This document shows, piece by piece, positions 46,141 to 55,900 of a DNA stretch of 64,000 nt (position 1 is its first letter; each line of letters opens with the position of its first letter). Below the pieces are notes generated by a model. That model made no database searches, was not told the DNA's origin, and was given only the letters and a program-made list of their open reading frames with translations. The translations under genes were made by a program, and so were the position numbers. The stretch covers positions 1,664,001-1,728,000 of the forward strand of contig OZ241892.1 in assembly GCA_965203485.1 (NCBI GenBank). Reading direction: 5' to 3'. Source of the DNA: Longimicrobiales bacterium. GTDB lineage: Bacteria; Gemmatimonadota; Gemmatimonadetes; Longimicrobiales; Gaopeijiaceae.

Positions 46141-47412
46141 GTGCCAAGACGCATTGTTGCGCGCACTTGGGTGCTGAGGGAGAGCCTGCTGGTCGCGTTG
46201 GACGCGCTTCGGGCAAACTGGCTGCGCGCCGCCTTGGCGGCGACGGGGGTGGGTGTCGGCGCCGGCGTGGTGGTGGCGATCGCGGCGCTGATCACCGGGC
46301 TCCGCACCGAGATCTTGTCGCAGCTCGAGGCGATGGGACCCGACAACTTCATGGTGATGCCGTTCGACATGACCCAGGTTCGGGTTCTGTCGGACGACGC
46401 CCCGTGGTTGGACCGGCCGCAGCTCAGCGATCGCGAGATCGGGCGCATCCAAGGCCTGCCGCCGATCTCGGAGGCCGTCGTCGGGTACAACTTCGGCGCA
46501 AGTCTTCGCTACGAGTCCGACTGGATCGACGACGTCTCCTGGCAAGCCACGTCGGTCGGATGGATCAACTACACGACGGGCGACATGGTGGTGGGACGCG
46601 ACTTCACCAACGCGGACATGCAGGAGAGCCGCCGGGTAGTCGTCGTCACAGAGAAGCTCGCCGAGGCGTTGTTCGGTCTATCCGACCCGATCGGCAAACG
46701 CGTGCGGGTGCATGCGGGACGGCGCGCGGCCAACGAGCGCTTCACCGTGATCGGCGTCTTCAGGCCCACGGAGAACGTGTTCGCCGAAGGGCAGCCCAAC
46801 GTCGCGCTGGTGCCCTACACCACGGCCGACCGCCGCCTGAAGGCCCGCGACCGCTGGACCTTCGTCAACCTCCAAGTAGTGCCGAAGCGGGGCGCGTCCG
46901 AGGAAGCGGAGCACCAAATCACTTCCACGCTCCGAACGATGCGCGGACTCGGGCCGGCCGACGACAACAACTTCGCCATCGTGCGCTCCTTTCAGATGGT
47001 CGAGTTCTTCAACGACCTGACCCGAGCGTTCTTTCTAATCATGGTCGCGCTCTCGTCGGTCGGACTGATGGTCGGCGGCATCGGCGTGATCGGAATCATG
47101 CTGATCTCGGTGACCGAGCGGACGCGCGAGATCGGCGTGCGCAAGGCGCTGGGCGCGACGCGGCGCGAGATCATGTGGCAGTTCCTGCTCGAAGCGTCGC
47201 TCTTGACGGCGCTGGGTGGCGCAACCGGACTCCTGCTTGGCTGGAGCCTGTCGGAGGTGGTCGCCGCCATCTCGCCCCTGCCCGCCCGCATTCCGCTCTG
47301 GTCAGTGTTCGCCGCGATCGGAACGTCCGCGCTGACCGGCGTCGTCTTCGGTCTGCTTCCCGCCGTGCGGGCGTCCAAGCTCGACCCCGTGGACGCGCTT
47401 CGGTACGAATGA
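46141..47412 (+). CDS. MacB/FtsX-family ABC permease, second paralog
   Basis: VGGIGVIGIMLISVTERTREIGVRKALGA and LDPVDALRYE motifs. Confidence 0.94.
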   Translation: MPRRIVARTWVLRESLLVALDALRANWLRAALAATGVGVGAGVVVAIAALITGLRTEILSQLEAMGPDNFMVMPFDMTQVRVLSDDAPWLDRPQLSDREIGRIQGLPPISEAVVGYNFGASLRYESDWIDDVSWQATSVGWINYTTGDMVVGRDFTNADMQESRRVVVVTEKLAEALFGLSDPIGKRVRVHAGRRAANERFTVIGVFRPTENVFAEGQPNVALVPYTTADRRLKARDRWTFVNLQVVPKRGASEEAEHQITSTLRTMRGLGPADDNNFAIVRSFQMVEFFNDLTRAFFLIMVALSSVGLMVGGIGVIGIMLISVTERTREIGVRKALGATRREIMWQFLLEASLLTALGGATGLLLGWSLSEVVAAISPLPARIPLWSVFAAIGTSALTGVVFGLLPAVRASKLDPVDALRYE

Positions 47413-48134
47413 CCGAACCGCTGGACGTGCTGGCGGTCATGGCGCATCCCGACGACGCCGAGATGCTGTGCGGCGGCGCCCTGGTCAAGTCGGCCGACCG
47501 CGGGGAGCGAACGGGCGTCCTGGACCTCACGGCCGGCGAGAGAGGATCGCGCGGCACGCCCGAGAGCCGGGCCCGCGAGGCGGAAGCCGCCGCAGAGGTC
47601 ATGGGCCTTGCGGTCCGCCGGTGCGCGGGCTTGCCGGACGGCGCGCTCGCCGACGACCTGGAGTCGCGGACCGCGGTCGCCCGGTTGCTTCGCGAGCTGC
47701 GGCCCCGCGTCGTCGTGGCGCACTGGAAGCGCGGCCGTCACCCAGACCATGGCGTGGCGGCTCGTCTCGCGCGCAAAGCGTCTTTTCTGGCGGGCCTGAA
47801 GAACTTCCCCTGCACCGGAGTTCCGCACCGGCCGCACAAGGTGGTGCATGCGCTCGCCTTCCGGGAAGCCGAAGCGAGGCCCACGTTCGTGGTGGACGTC
47901 ACCCGGCAGATGGACCGCAAGCTGGCGGCCCTCGATGCCTACGGCTCGCAGTTCGAGGGCGCAACGGGCATGGGCGAGGCATTGCCGGCCGGCGACCGGC
48001 CCCTGATGGAGCAGGTCCGGTGCGTGCACGCCAAGTACGGGGCGCTGATCCGCCGTCGTTACGGCGAGCCGTACTGGACCGAGGAGACCGTGGCTGTGGC
48101 GACCCTGGGATCCGCGGGCGTCTCCAGCTTCTGA
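47409..48134 (+). CDS. bshB1: Bacillithiol biosynthesis deacetylase BshB1 (PIG-L family)
   Basis: AHPDDAE, DLTAGE.GSRG, RHPDH and AYGSQF motifs; ATGA overlap with the permease stop. Confidence 0.85.
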   Translation: MTEPLDVLAVMAHPDDAEMLCGGALVKSADRGERTGVLDLTAGERGSRGTPESRAREAEAAAEVMGLAVRRCAGLPDGALADDLESRTAVARLLRELRPRVVVAHWKRGRHPDHGVAARLARKASFLAGLKNFPCTGVPHRPHKVVHALAFREAEARPTFVVDVTRQMDRKLAALDAYGSQFEGATGMGEALPAGDRPLMEQVRCVHAKYGALIRRRYGEPYWTEETVAVATLGSAGVSSF

Positions 48135-48164
48135 GCGGCAAGCCCTGCGCGGAGCCCGCGCGGG

Positions 48165-49643
48165 TCAGGGGCGGACACCTTGGCCGTGCAACCAGCCCTC
48201 GACGATGCTTCGTATCTCCGCCAAGCCGGCTTCGGTGCGCGCCTCGTAGCGCGCCACGATCACGGGTTGCGTGTTGGAGGCGCGGATCAACGCCCAGCCG
48301 CCGTCGAACAGGATCCGCGCGCCGTCCAAGGCGATCACCTCGTGCGTCCTGGAGAAGCGCTCGCGCGCTCTCGCCACGATCTCGAACTTGTCCTCGTCGG
48401 CGACGGCGATGCGCAACTCCGGCGTGGACGCCAGCGACGGCAGGACGGCGGTCATCTCGGACAAGCGGCGCGCGCTGGACCGCAACATCCGCACGAGTCG
48501 GCATGCCGCGTACAGCGCGTCGTCGAAGCCCAGGTACTCGTCCGCGAAGCAGATGTGCCCGGACAGCTCGCCCGCCAGCAACGCCCCCGTCTCCCACATC
48601 TTTTCCTTGATCAGCGAGTGGCCGGTCTTCCACATCACCGGCACGCCGCCGGCCTTCTCCAGCTCTTCCGGCAACGCCTGGGAGCACTTCACGTCGAACA
48701 AGATTCGGCAACCCGGCCCCCGGCGGCGCAACAAGTCGAGTCCGAACAGCAGCAGGAGGGTGTCGCCCGGCACGATGCCGCCGCGATCGTCCACGACGCC
48801 GATGCGATCCGCGTCTCCGTCGAACCCGATGCCGGCGTCGGCCCGGCGCTCCAGCACGTGCGCCGCCAAGTCGGCGACGTTCTCGGCGACGGTGGGATCG
48901 GGATGGTGATTGGGAAACGTCCCGTCCGATTCGCAGTAAAGCGGAATCACTTCGGCGCCGATCGCTTCGAGCAGCTCGACGGCCGCGACGGACGCCGTCC
49001 CGTTGCCGCAGTCGACGACGATCTTGGGGCCGGCGCTCGCGCCGCCTGCGTTCGCCGGGCGGGCGAACCGAGCCGCAATGTCGGCCACGTAGACCGGAAG
49101 CGGATCGACCTGCTCGATGTCGCCGGCTTCCAGCGCCGGCTCGGTCGCGCGGTCCCGGCCGGCACGGTTTTTCCGGTACTTCGCGAAGTCGTCGTCGCGA
49201 GCGCTCGCGGGCTTGTAGTCGGCCTCGCGAATTCGCCGCAGCAACGCCTGCACCACCGCGCCGTACACCGGTCTGGTCCCCATCGTCATCTTGATGCCGT
49301 TGTACTCCGGGGGATTGTGCGATCCGGTGACCTGAACCGCCCCGTCCGAGCCCAGCTCAATTTCGCTGAAGTAGGCCACGGGCGTGGGCACGGTGCCGAG
49401 GCGCGTCACCGCGCAACCTGCAACGCGCAATCCCTTGACCAGCGCGGCGGCCAGCTCGGGCGACGACGGGCGGTTGTCCTGCCCCACGACGACCCTGGCC
49501 ACCCCTTCGCCGCATCGCCCGCGCAACTCGGCGCCGTAGGCCCGGCCCACGGCCCGGGCAACCGCGGCGTCGAGATCGGCGCCGACGATGCCGCGAATGT
49601 CGTACTGGCGGAAGATGCGCGGGTTGGGCGAGACGGCGTTCAC
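48165..49643 (-). CDS. Phosphomannomutase/phosphoglucomutase
   Basis: IFRQYDIRG, TGSHNPPEYNG, FDGDADR, GELSGH and RASNTQP motifs. Confidence 0.95.
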   Translation of the reverse strand: MNAVSPNPRIFRQYDIRGIVGADLDAAVARAVGRAYGAELRGRCGEGVARVVVGQDNRPSSPELAAALVKGLRVAGCAVTRLGTVPTPVAYFSEIELGSDGAVQVTGSHNPPEYNGIKMTMGTRPVYGAVVQALLRRIREADYKPASARDDDFAKYRKNRAGRDRATEPALEAGDIEQVDPLPVYVADIAARFARPANAGGASAGPKIVVDCGNGTASVAAVELLEAIGAEVIPLYCESDGTFPNHHPDPTVAENVADLAAHVLERRADAGIGFDGDADRIGVVDDRGGIVPGDTLLLLFGLDLLRRRGPGCRILFDVKCSQALPEELEKAGGVPVMWKTGHSLIKEKMWETGALLAGELSGHICFADEYLGFDDALYAACRLVRMLRSSARRLSEMTAVLPSLASTPELRIAVADEDKFEIVARARERFSRTHEVIALDGARILFDGGWALIRASNTQPVIVARYEARTEAGLAEIRSIVEGWLHGQGVRP

Positions 49644-49873
49644 GCGCCAAGCCCTTCGTCGTCGCCGGCCCCCGCGCGCGAGCGCCCGGTCCACCGAGAG
49701 GCGAACCGCAACGCCAGCGCGACGACCAAGACCGCGGTCGCGGCCCAAACCAGCCACGGACGCTCCGTCGCAAACCCCGCGAACGCCATCCCGGCGCCCG
49801 CGGCGAACGCCCGAATCTTCCACCGAAGGAACGGGTCGGGTCCGTCGCGGACGGCGCGGGAAGGACGAAACAC
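49640..49873 (-). CDS. Small two-TM membrane protein
   Basis: Two hydrophobic segments; stop overlaps the pmm GTG (GTGA). Confidence 0.6.
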   Translation of the reverse strand: MFRPSRAVRDGPDPFLRWKIRAFAAGAGMAFAGFATERPWLVWAATAVLVVALALRFASRWTGRSRAGAGDDEGLGA

Positions 49874-50142
49874 GATGGGTCAGCGCTCCGTTGCGCGCGG
49901 GCGCCCGCAGTCGAGCGCGCGGCGCCCGGCCGCAGACGCCGCCTGCGCGACGACGGCACCCCGGCTGATCGAGCGCGACGCGGTCCGTGCGATGGCCTTG
50001 CGGCGGCGGCCGAACGAGCGCGCGCAACAGGCGCGGCCGGGCCCCGCGGGGCAGGTCGGCGGGCACCGCGCCAAAACGCGCAAGCCGGAAAGTCGGAGCA
50101 CGGAACGCGCGCAAGCAATCCGGCTCGGCGGCCACGACAGCG

Positions 50143-50991
50143 TCACCCGTCGGCCTCGGCTTCGGGCCGCAGGAAGGCGGCCACGCCCTCTCGGCACTCC
50201 TGCGTGAGCCGCGCGAGCGCGTTCACCTCGGCGCCGCGCGCCACGGCGTCTTCCAGGGCCGTGCCGTCCAAGCCGTAGAGAAGCCGCTTGGTGACGCTGG
50301 TCGCCAACGGCGGACGAGCCGCCAGCTCCGCCAAGTAGTCCCCCACGCGCACCTCGAAGCCGTCGGCGGCGAAGACTTCGTTCGCCAAGCCCAAGGCCGC
50401 CGCGCGCGCGGCGCCGACCTGCCTTCCCCTCACGGTCAACTCGAAGGCGGCCGACTCGCCCACCTTGCGCCGCAGCAAGGCCGCCGCGATCGCGGGCACG
50501 AATCCCAGCCGCACTTCCGGGTAGCCGAAGCGCGCGTCGTCGCGGGCCAGCGCCAAGTCGCAGGCCGTGGCCAGCGCGCAACCGCCGGCCAGCGCCCGTC
50601 CCGTGACCACGGCCACGACCGGCTTCGGCAGACGGCGGATGCGCAAGAACAGGTCGCCCAGGCGCTGCGCGTCCGCCAAGCCGGCCTCGGGGCCTTCGGC
50701 CTGGGACGCAGCGAGGGCGCGGAGGTCGGCTCCGGCGCAAAAGTCGGGCTCCACGCCGCGAATCGCGACGACGCGCACGGCGGCGTCGGCCTCGACCGAG
50801 TCGAGGACGCTTCGAAGCGCCGCCACCATCTCCGCGTCCAGCGCGTTGCGCCGTTCGGGGCGGGCGAGTTGGATGGTCAGCACGGCGCCGGCCGCGCCTA
50901 GCCGCAACGGCCCCGAAGCCGCGACGCCGCTCACGCCTGCGGCGTCGGTCTCGGCGCCCGGCAACGGCCTGACGGTCCGATCGCCGCTCAT
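50143..50991 (-). CDS. Enoyl-CoA hydratase/isomerase (methylglutaconyl-CoA hydratase-like)
   Basis: RPERRNAL, FCAGADL, ALAGG and FGYPEVRLG motifs. Confidence 0.92.
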   Translation of the reverse strand: MSGDRTVRPLPGAETDAAGVSGVAASGPLRLGAAGAVLTIQLARPERRNALDAEMVAALRSVLDSVEADAAVRVVAIRGVEPDFCAGADLRALAASQAEGPEAGLADAQRLGDLFLRIRRLPKPVVAVVTGRALAGGCALATACDLALARDDARFGYPEVRLGFVPAIAAALLRRKVGESAAFELTVRGRQVGAARAAALGLANEVFAADGFEVRVGDYLAELAARPPLATSVTKRLLYGLDGTALEDAVARGAEVNALARLTQECREGVAAFLRPEAEADG

Positions 50992-51380
50992 GGCGCCGGC
51001 GCTCGCGCAGCCGGCCCCGGCGACGGCGGACGCCCGCGTCCCCGAACGCGCCGCGCCACCTCGTCGGGCACTTCGATCTCCATGCGCAGCAACGCCGTGC
51101 TGAAGACCTTCCCCTGGGCGTCCGTCATGAGGGACACCGTTCCGCCCCCGTCCAGCGCGCCGTGCAGGAGGAAGTTGAGCGCGTGGAGGTTGGGGAGCTC
51201 GAAGCGCTCCACGCCACCCTTCGCCAACGATCTAAAGTGATGCTTGACTTTGTCGGTCGTAACATGCTTCTTAATAAGAAGATAGTCTTCTGGTTCGTAC
51301 GCGATCAGACCCACGTTCACGGTATCGCCCTTGTCTCCGGAGCGCGCGTGCGCCAGCTCCAGAAGCCGCACTTTGGCCAT
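50988..51380 (-). CDS. Stand-alone AtuA C-terminal-like small protein
   Basis: LAHARSGDKGD, ERFELPNLHALNF and LDGGGTVSL..DAQGK motifs; directly follows the AtuA gene. Confidence 0.85.
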   Translation of the reverse strand: MAKVRLLELAHARSGDKGDTVNVGLIAYEPEDYLLIKKHVTTDKVKHHFRSLAKGGVERFELPNLHALNFLLHGALDGGGTVSLMTDAQGKVFSTALLRMEIEVPDEVARRVRGRGRPPSPGPAARAPAP

Positions 51381-51386
51381 TCGGGG

Positions 51387-52760
51387 TCACGCCTCGAGGA
51401 AGTCCACGCGGAAGCCCGGCTCCACCGCGGCACGGTCGATCAGCGCCGGCCAATAGGCCATCACCTCCTGCACCGCCGGCCGGCCGGCGGCGAACCCGGT
51501 GACCGACGGGGGGCCCCCCAGCACGAGCGGCGCGATCTCTCGCGAGAAGCGTTCCACCGCGGCACGTTCGCGGCTCCTGACCGCGACGCGCAACTGGACC
51601 TCCGGCAGATCCGGCGGCGGCTCTCCCGCCAGATCTCCGTGCGTGGAGTCCCAGCCCACGAGTTCGACGCGCATCGCGTCGAACAGCAAGTCGGCGCGGT
51701 CCAACCTGCGACGCAGGATCGCGGCGGCGGCCCGCGCCTTGGCCGCCGCGTCGGGCCAGGCGTAGACGAGCGTGCCCGCGGCCTTGAATCCGGCCGAGTA
51801 CGCGATCGAGACCTTGAGGGAGCGGGTGGGCGGGCGGCCCCGGACCCCATGGACGCGCACGCGGTTCGGGCCGTCGGCGGCGAGACCCACGGTGGTGAAG
51901 TCGGCCGTCACGTCGGGCGTCACGTACGTGCGCGGATCGCCCATCTCGTACAGCAACTGCTCCTTGACCGTCCGCGCCGTCACGGCCCCGCCCGAGCCCT
52001 CGTGCTTGCAGACCACGAACTCCCCGCAGGGGCGGGCCTCGATGATCGGGAAGCCGACGCCGGCCAAGTCAGGCACCGTCCACCACTCGGCCAGGCAGTT
52101 GCCGCCGGTCGCCTGCGCGCCGCATTCGTTCACGTGGCCCGCGACCACCCCCGCGGCCAGGAAGTCGTATGCGTTCCAGGCCCACCCGAACTCGTGCACC
52201 ATGGGCGCGTAGGTGAGCGCCGTGTCCGTCGAGCGTCCGGTGACGACTACGTCCGCCCCGCCCCGCAAAGCCTCCACGATCGGGCGGGCGCCCATGTACG
52301 CGTTGGCGCTGCGCACGCTGTCGCGGACCGTCGCCAGAGGCGCTCCCGTGTCCATGTTCTCCAGGGCGTGCCCGGCCTCCAGGAGAGCGTCCAGGCGCTC
52401 CATCACGTCGTCGCCCGTGACGACGCCGACGCGCATCCCCGCCGCGCCCGCCCGTCTCGCGGCGCCGGCCAGGGCTTGCGCGCACTGGGGAGCGTTCACG
52501 CCTCCCGCGTTCGTCACCACCCTGACGCCGCGCTCCAGGCACGTCCGTGCAATCCGCTCCATCAGCGGGACGAAGTCGCGAGCGTACCCTGCCAGCGGGT
52601 CGCGAGACCGCTGCTTCCGCATTATCGACATCGTGACTTCGGCCAAGTAGTCGAGCATCAGGTAGTCGATGGGCCCATCCTCCACTTGGCGCACCGGCGC
52701 TTCGGGGTCGTCGCCCCAGAACCCCTGCCCGCCGGCGATGCGGACGCTGTCTCGCGTCAT
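51387..52760 (-). CDS. Acyclic terpene utilisation AtuA family (DUF1446) protein
   Basis: RIAGGQGFWGD, DYLAEVTM, NAGGVN, GRSTD, GHVNECGAQATGG and EQLLYE motifs. Confidence 0.92.
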   Translation of the reverse strand: MTRDSVRIAGGQGFWGDDPEAPVRQVEDGPIDYLMLDYLAEVTMSIMRKQRSRDPLAGYARDFVPLMERIARTCLERGVRVVTNAGGVNAPQCAQALAGAARRAGAAGMRVGVVTGDDVMERLDALLEAGHALENMDTGAPLATVRDSVRSANAYMGARPIVEALRGGADVVVTGRSTDTALTYAPMVHEFGWAWNAYDFLAAGVVAGHVNECGAQATGGNCLAEWWTVPDLAGVGFPIIEARPCGEFVVCKHEGSGGAVTARTVKEQLLYEMGDPRTYVTPDVTADFTTVGLAADGPNRVRVHGVRGRPPTRSLKVSIAYSAGFKAAGTLVYAWPDAAAKARAAAAILRRRLDRADLLFDAMRVELVGWDSTHGDLAGEPPPDLPEVQLRVAVRSRERAAVERFSREIAPLVLGGPPSVTGFAAGRPAVQEVMAYWPALIDRAAVEPGFRVDFLEA

Positions 52761-54520
52761 CCGGCCCTGCCCGCCTGCCCGCCGTCCGCCCAGGCGTCCG
52801 CTGGGGCGGGGCGAACGTCCGCCGGAGGCGCCGACTCGGCTCCGCCCGCAGGTGCGCCCTCGGCGCCGCCGATGCTCCAGCTGGCCGCATGCGAGCGTTC
52901 CGGGAGCACGAACGGCCCCAAGTGCGGGCCGGGATTGCGCGCCGACGCCCGGAGGAGCAGGGCCAGCACGTCCCTCAGTTCCTCCGGCAACACTACCGCG
53001 TCCACGAAGCCCCGCGCCGCGGCGAAGGTCGCGTCGAGCTGGCTGTCGTAGTCCGCCCGCACCCCGGCGATGCGCGCGGCGAGTTCGGCGCTCGGCTCGC
53101 GGCCCTCCCCTTCGAGGCGCTCCAGCTCGGCGCCGAAGAGCGCCGTCACTGCGCTCTCGCCCTCCATGACGCCCATGCGGCCCGTAGGCAACGTGACGAT
53201 GAAGTCGGGATCGAACCCCTGCCCCGCCATGGCGTAGTAGCCCGCCCCCGATGCGTGGTTCAGCGTCACGACCAGCTTGGGCACGGTGGCCGTGGCCATC
53301 GCTTCCACGAAGCGGGCGCCCGCTCGGATGATGCCGCTGTGCTCGGCGTCGGGTCCGACCATGAAGCCGGAGACGTCCTGCACGAAGACGATCGGCGTGC
53401 CGCGGCGGTTCATGGCGTCCACGAAATAGGCGCCCTTTTCCGCCGATTCCGCATAGACGATTCCGCCGAGGCGCGGCGGCCCGTCGCCCGCACCCTTGAC
53501 GACGCCGCGCCGGTTGGCCACGACGGCCACGGCGGTCCCGCCGATCGCCCCGGTGCCGCAGAGCAACTCGCCGGCGTGGTCCGGCTGGAACTCCGTGAGC
53601 CCGCGTCCGTCCAGCATCACGTCCAGGACCGCGCGTACGTCGTAGGACTCGCGGTGGTCGTCGGGAAGCAGGTCGTAGAGGTCTTCGGGCCGTCGCGACG
53701 GCGGTTCGGCGGGCGCGGCGGGCGCGGCGGGCGCGGGCGGCAGTTCGGCGAGCAAGTCCCTGATCCGGCCCAGGCACTCGGCGTCGTCCTTGGCCTTGTA
53801 GTGGGCGACACCGCTCTTTCGCGTGTGAACGTCCGCGCCGCCCAGCGCTTCGCTGTCCACGGTCTGTCCGGTCGCGCCCTTCACCAGATTCGGTCCGCCC
53901 AGCCCCATGAAGCTCGTGCCCTCGACCATCAAGATGACGTCCGAAAGGGCAGGCAGGTACGCGCCGCCCGCTATGCACGGCCCCATGACGGCGGCGATCT
54001 GCGGAATCCGCAGGCAACGGCGCATCACCGAATTGTAGAAGAAGATGCGCGCCGCCCCGTACTGCCCCGGGAACACCCCGCTCTGGTAGGGCAGGTTGAC
54101 GCCCGCCGAGTCCACCAAGTAGACGATGGGGATCCGGCAACGCATCGCGATCTCCTGCGCGCGCAGGATCTTCGTGATCGTCTCGGGCCACCACGAACCC
54201 GCCTTCACGGTCGCGTCGTTCGCCACGACCACCGTCTCCCGCCCGTGCACGGCGCCGACTCCGGTGACCACGCCCGCGCCCGGCGCCAGGCCGTCGTACG
54301 CGTCGTGGGCCACCAGCATCCCCACCTCGAACCACGGCGCGTCCCGGTCGAAGAGCAGACGCACCCGGTCGCGGGCCAGCAGCTTGCCCCGTTCGCGCTG
54401 GCGCCGAATCTGGTGCGCGCCCCCGCCCTTGCCGATCCGCCGGCGCAGGTCCAGGAGTTCCCGGCTGAGGGCCGCGAGACGCCCGCGCCGCTCCGCCGTC
54501 TTCCCGCCGGTCGAACCCAC
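52757..54520 (-). CDS. Acyl-CoA carboxylase carboxyltransferase (beta) subunit
   Basis: GKLLARDR, ANDATVKAGS, VDSAG, CIAGGAY, DVSGFMVG and GAGYYAM motifs. Confidence 0.93.
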   Translation of the reverse strand: MGSTGGKTAERRGRLAALSRELLDLRRRIGKGGGAHQIRRQRERGKLLARDRVRLLFDRDAPWFEVGMLVAHDAYDGLAPGAGVVTGVGAVHGRETVVVANDATVKAGSWWPETITKILRAQEIAMRCRIPIVYLVDSAGVNLPYQSGVFPGQYGAARIFFYNSVMRRCLRIPQIAAVMGPCIAGGAYLPALSDVILMVEGTSFMGLGGPNLVKGATGQTVDSEALGGADVHTRKSGVAHYKAKDDAECLGRIRDLLAELPPAPAAPAAPAEPPSRRPEDLYDLLPDDHRESYDVRAVLDVMLDGRGLTEFQPDHAGELLCGTGAIGGTAVAVVANRRGVVKGAGDGPPRLGGIVYAESAEKGAYFVDAMNRRGTPIVFVQDVSGFMVGPDAEHSGIIRAGARFVEAMATATVPKLVVTLNHASGAGYYAMAGQGFDPDFIVTLPTGRMGVMEGESAVTALFGAELERLEGEGREPSAELAARIAGVRADYDSQLDATFAAARGFVDAVVLPEELRDVLALLLRASARNPGPHLGPFVLPERSHAASWSIGGAEGAPAGGAESAPPADVRPAPADAWADGGQAGRAG

Positions 54521-54940
54521 CTAGTAGGGGTCCTCCCGCCCGGCGAACCAAGTTCTCACGTAGTCGATGGCCTCCGCGGTCGTGCTGCCGGGCCCGAACA
54601 GCCGCCCCACGCCCTCCGCCGCGAGCGCCTCGGCGTCGTCCCGGGGGATGATGCCGCCGCCGGTGAGCAGGACGTGTTCCAGTCCCTCGTCCACCAGAAG
54701 TTCGCGGACGCGGCGAAACAACGTCATGTGCGCACCCGAAAGGACCGACAGCGCCACCACGTCCACGTCCTCCTGAACCGCCGCGGCCACGATCATCTCG
54801 GGCGTTTGGTGCAGACCGGTGTAGACGACCTCGAAGCCGGCGTCCCGGAAGGCGGCGGCCACCACCTTCGCGCCGCGGTCGTGGCCGTCGAGCCCCGGCT
54901 TCGCCACGAGCACCCTTGTCCTCCGGTCGGTTCCGGGCAT
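54521..54940 (-). CDS. Cobalamin-binding small subunit of an acyl-CoA mutase (IcmB/methylmalonyl-CoA mutase C-terminal type)
   Basis: [11 protein letters not shown] (DxHxxG), SVLSGAH, GGIIP and LFGPG motifs. Confidence 0.93.
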   Translation of the reverse strand: MPGTDRRTRVLVAKPGLDGHDRGAKVVAAAFRDAGFEVVYTGLHQTPEMIVAAAVQEDVDVVALSVLSGAHMTLFRRVRELLVDEGLEHVLLTGGGIIPRDDAEALAAEGVGRLFGPGSTTAEAIDYVRTWFAGREDPY

Positions 54941-55429
54941 CCGTCGATCCTCGGCGGAGACGTGAGAACCTCGCCCGGCGCAATCGAGCGCCGCGCCAAG
55001 TCAACCGTGTAAGCTACAACGACGACCGGCCGGCTTGCCCAACGGCGCCGCGCCGCGCGCCGGCCGCCAAGGCCCCGGCGGAACCTGCGCACCCTGCCTC
55101 CCCACCCCGCAACCCTCGCACAGGCCCCGCCGGAGCGCCGGAGCGCTCCATCCATCTACGGCGAAGGCGCAGCGAAGGTTGCGGGAGGGCCGACAACCTC
55201 CCAGCATCTGTCCGGCCCCGGGACGCTTGCCGGTCCGGGCGCCGTCGCCGGGGGGCGGCCGGCGCCCCGTCCCCCTGTACGACGCGACGCGACGGCTCCA
55301 TCTTCGTGGAGGCTTGCGACGCGGCTCCCGCCGGTTCGGACGACGCGCCGGCAGGCGCCGGGAACCCGGGCGCGGAAAGAGCGCGCCCCGAGCCCGGAGA
55401 AGACGACGACCACGACGAGGAGGTACGGA

Positions 55430-55861
55430 ATGAAGCGCATCGGGCTGTGCGCGCTGCGCGTGACCACGGGATGGCTCCTGGTCATGTGGGGCGTGGACAA
55501 GATCGTCGACGTCGAGCACGGGCTCGCCGTCACGGAGGCGTTCTACGGCGGCTTGCTGGGCGGCAACGCCCAGGTCCACCACGTGCTGGGCGGCTTGCAG
55601 GCGCTGCTGGGCTTGCTCGTGATCCTCGGGTTGTGGCGGCGGCTAACCTATCCGGTCATGTTTCTGGCGCTGGCGGGGACGACGCTGGGCGTCTGGAGGT
55701 CCATCGTGGACCCGTGGGGATGGTTCCTGGAAGGAGCGAACGTGCTCTTCTACCCGTCCGTCGTCATCTTGGCGGGGGCGGCGACGCTCTGGGGCACGAT
55801 CGACGAGGACCAGTTGGCGCTCGACCGGCCTTCGTCGCGAGCGAAGGCGCCGCCGGCCTGA
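55430..55861 (+). CDS. DoxX-family membrane protein
   Basis: Four TM helices, LRVTTG..VMWGVDK; strong GAGGAGG SD. Confidence 0.75.
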   Translation: MKRIGLCALRVTTGWLLVMWGVDKIVDVEHGLAVTEAFYGGLLGGNAQVHHVLGGLQALLGLLVILGLWRRLTYPVMFLALAGTTLGVWRSIVDPWGWFLEGANVLFYPSVVILAGAATLWGTIDEDQLALDRPSSRAKAPPA

Positions 55862-55900
55862 GCTGGAGGAGGTGCGCGCGTCCGCGCCCGAGAACTCGCC

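Noticed and set aside
49880..50146. 88-codon Cys/Arg-rich frame coupled by GTGA to the hydratase stop
   Set aside because: No recognisable motif and composition like non-coding GC-rich DNA; cannot support it as a gene.
54941..55429. Cobalamin riboswitch upstream of the B12-binding gene
   Set aside because: Could not find the conserved core or B12-box by eye; an Rfam scan would settle it.
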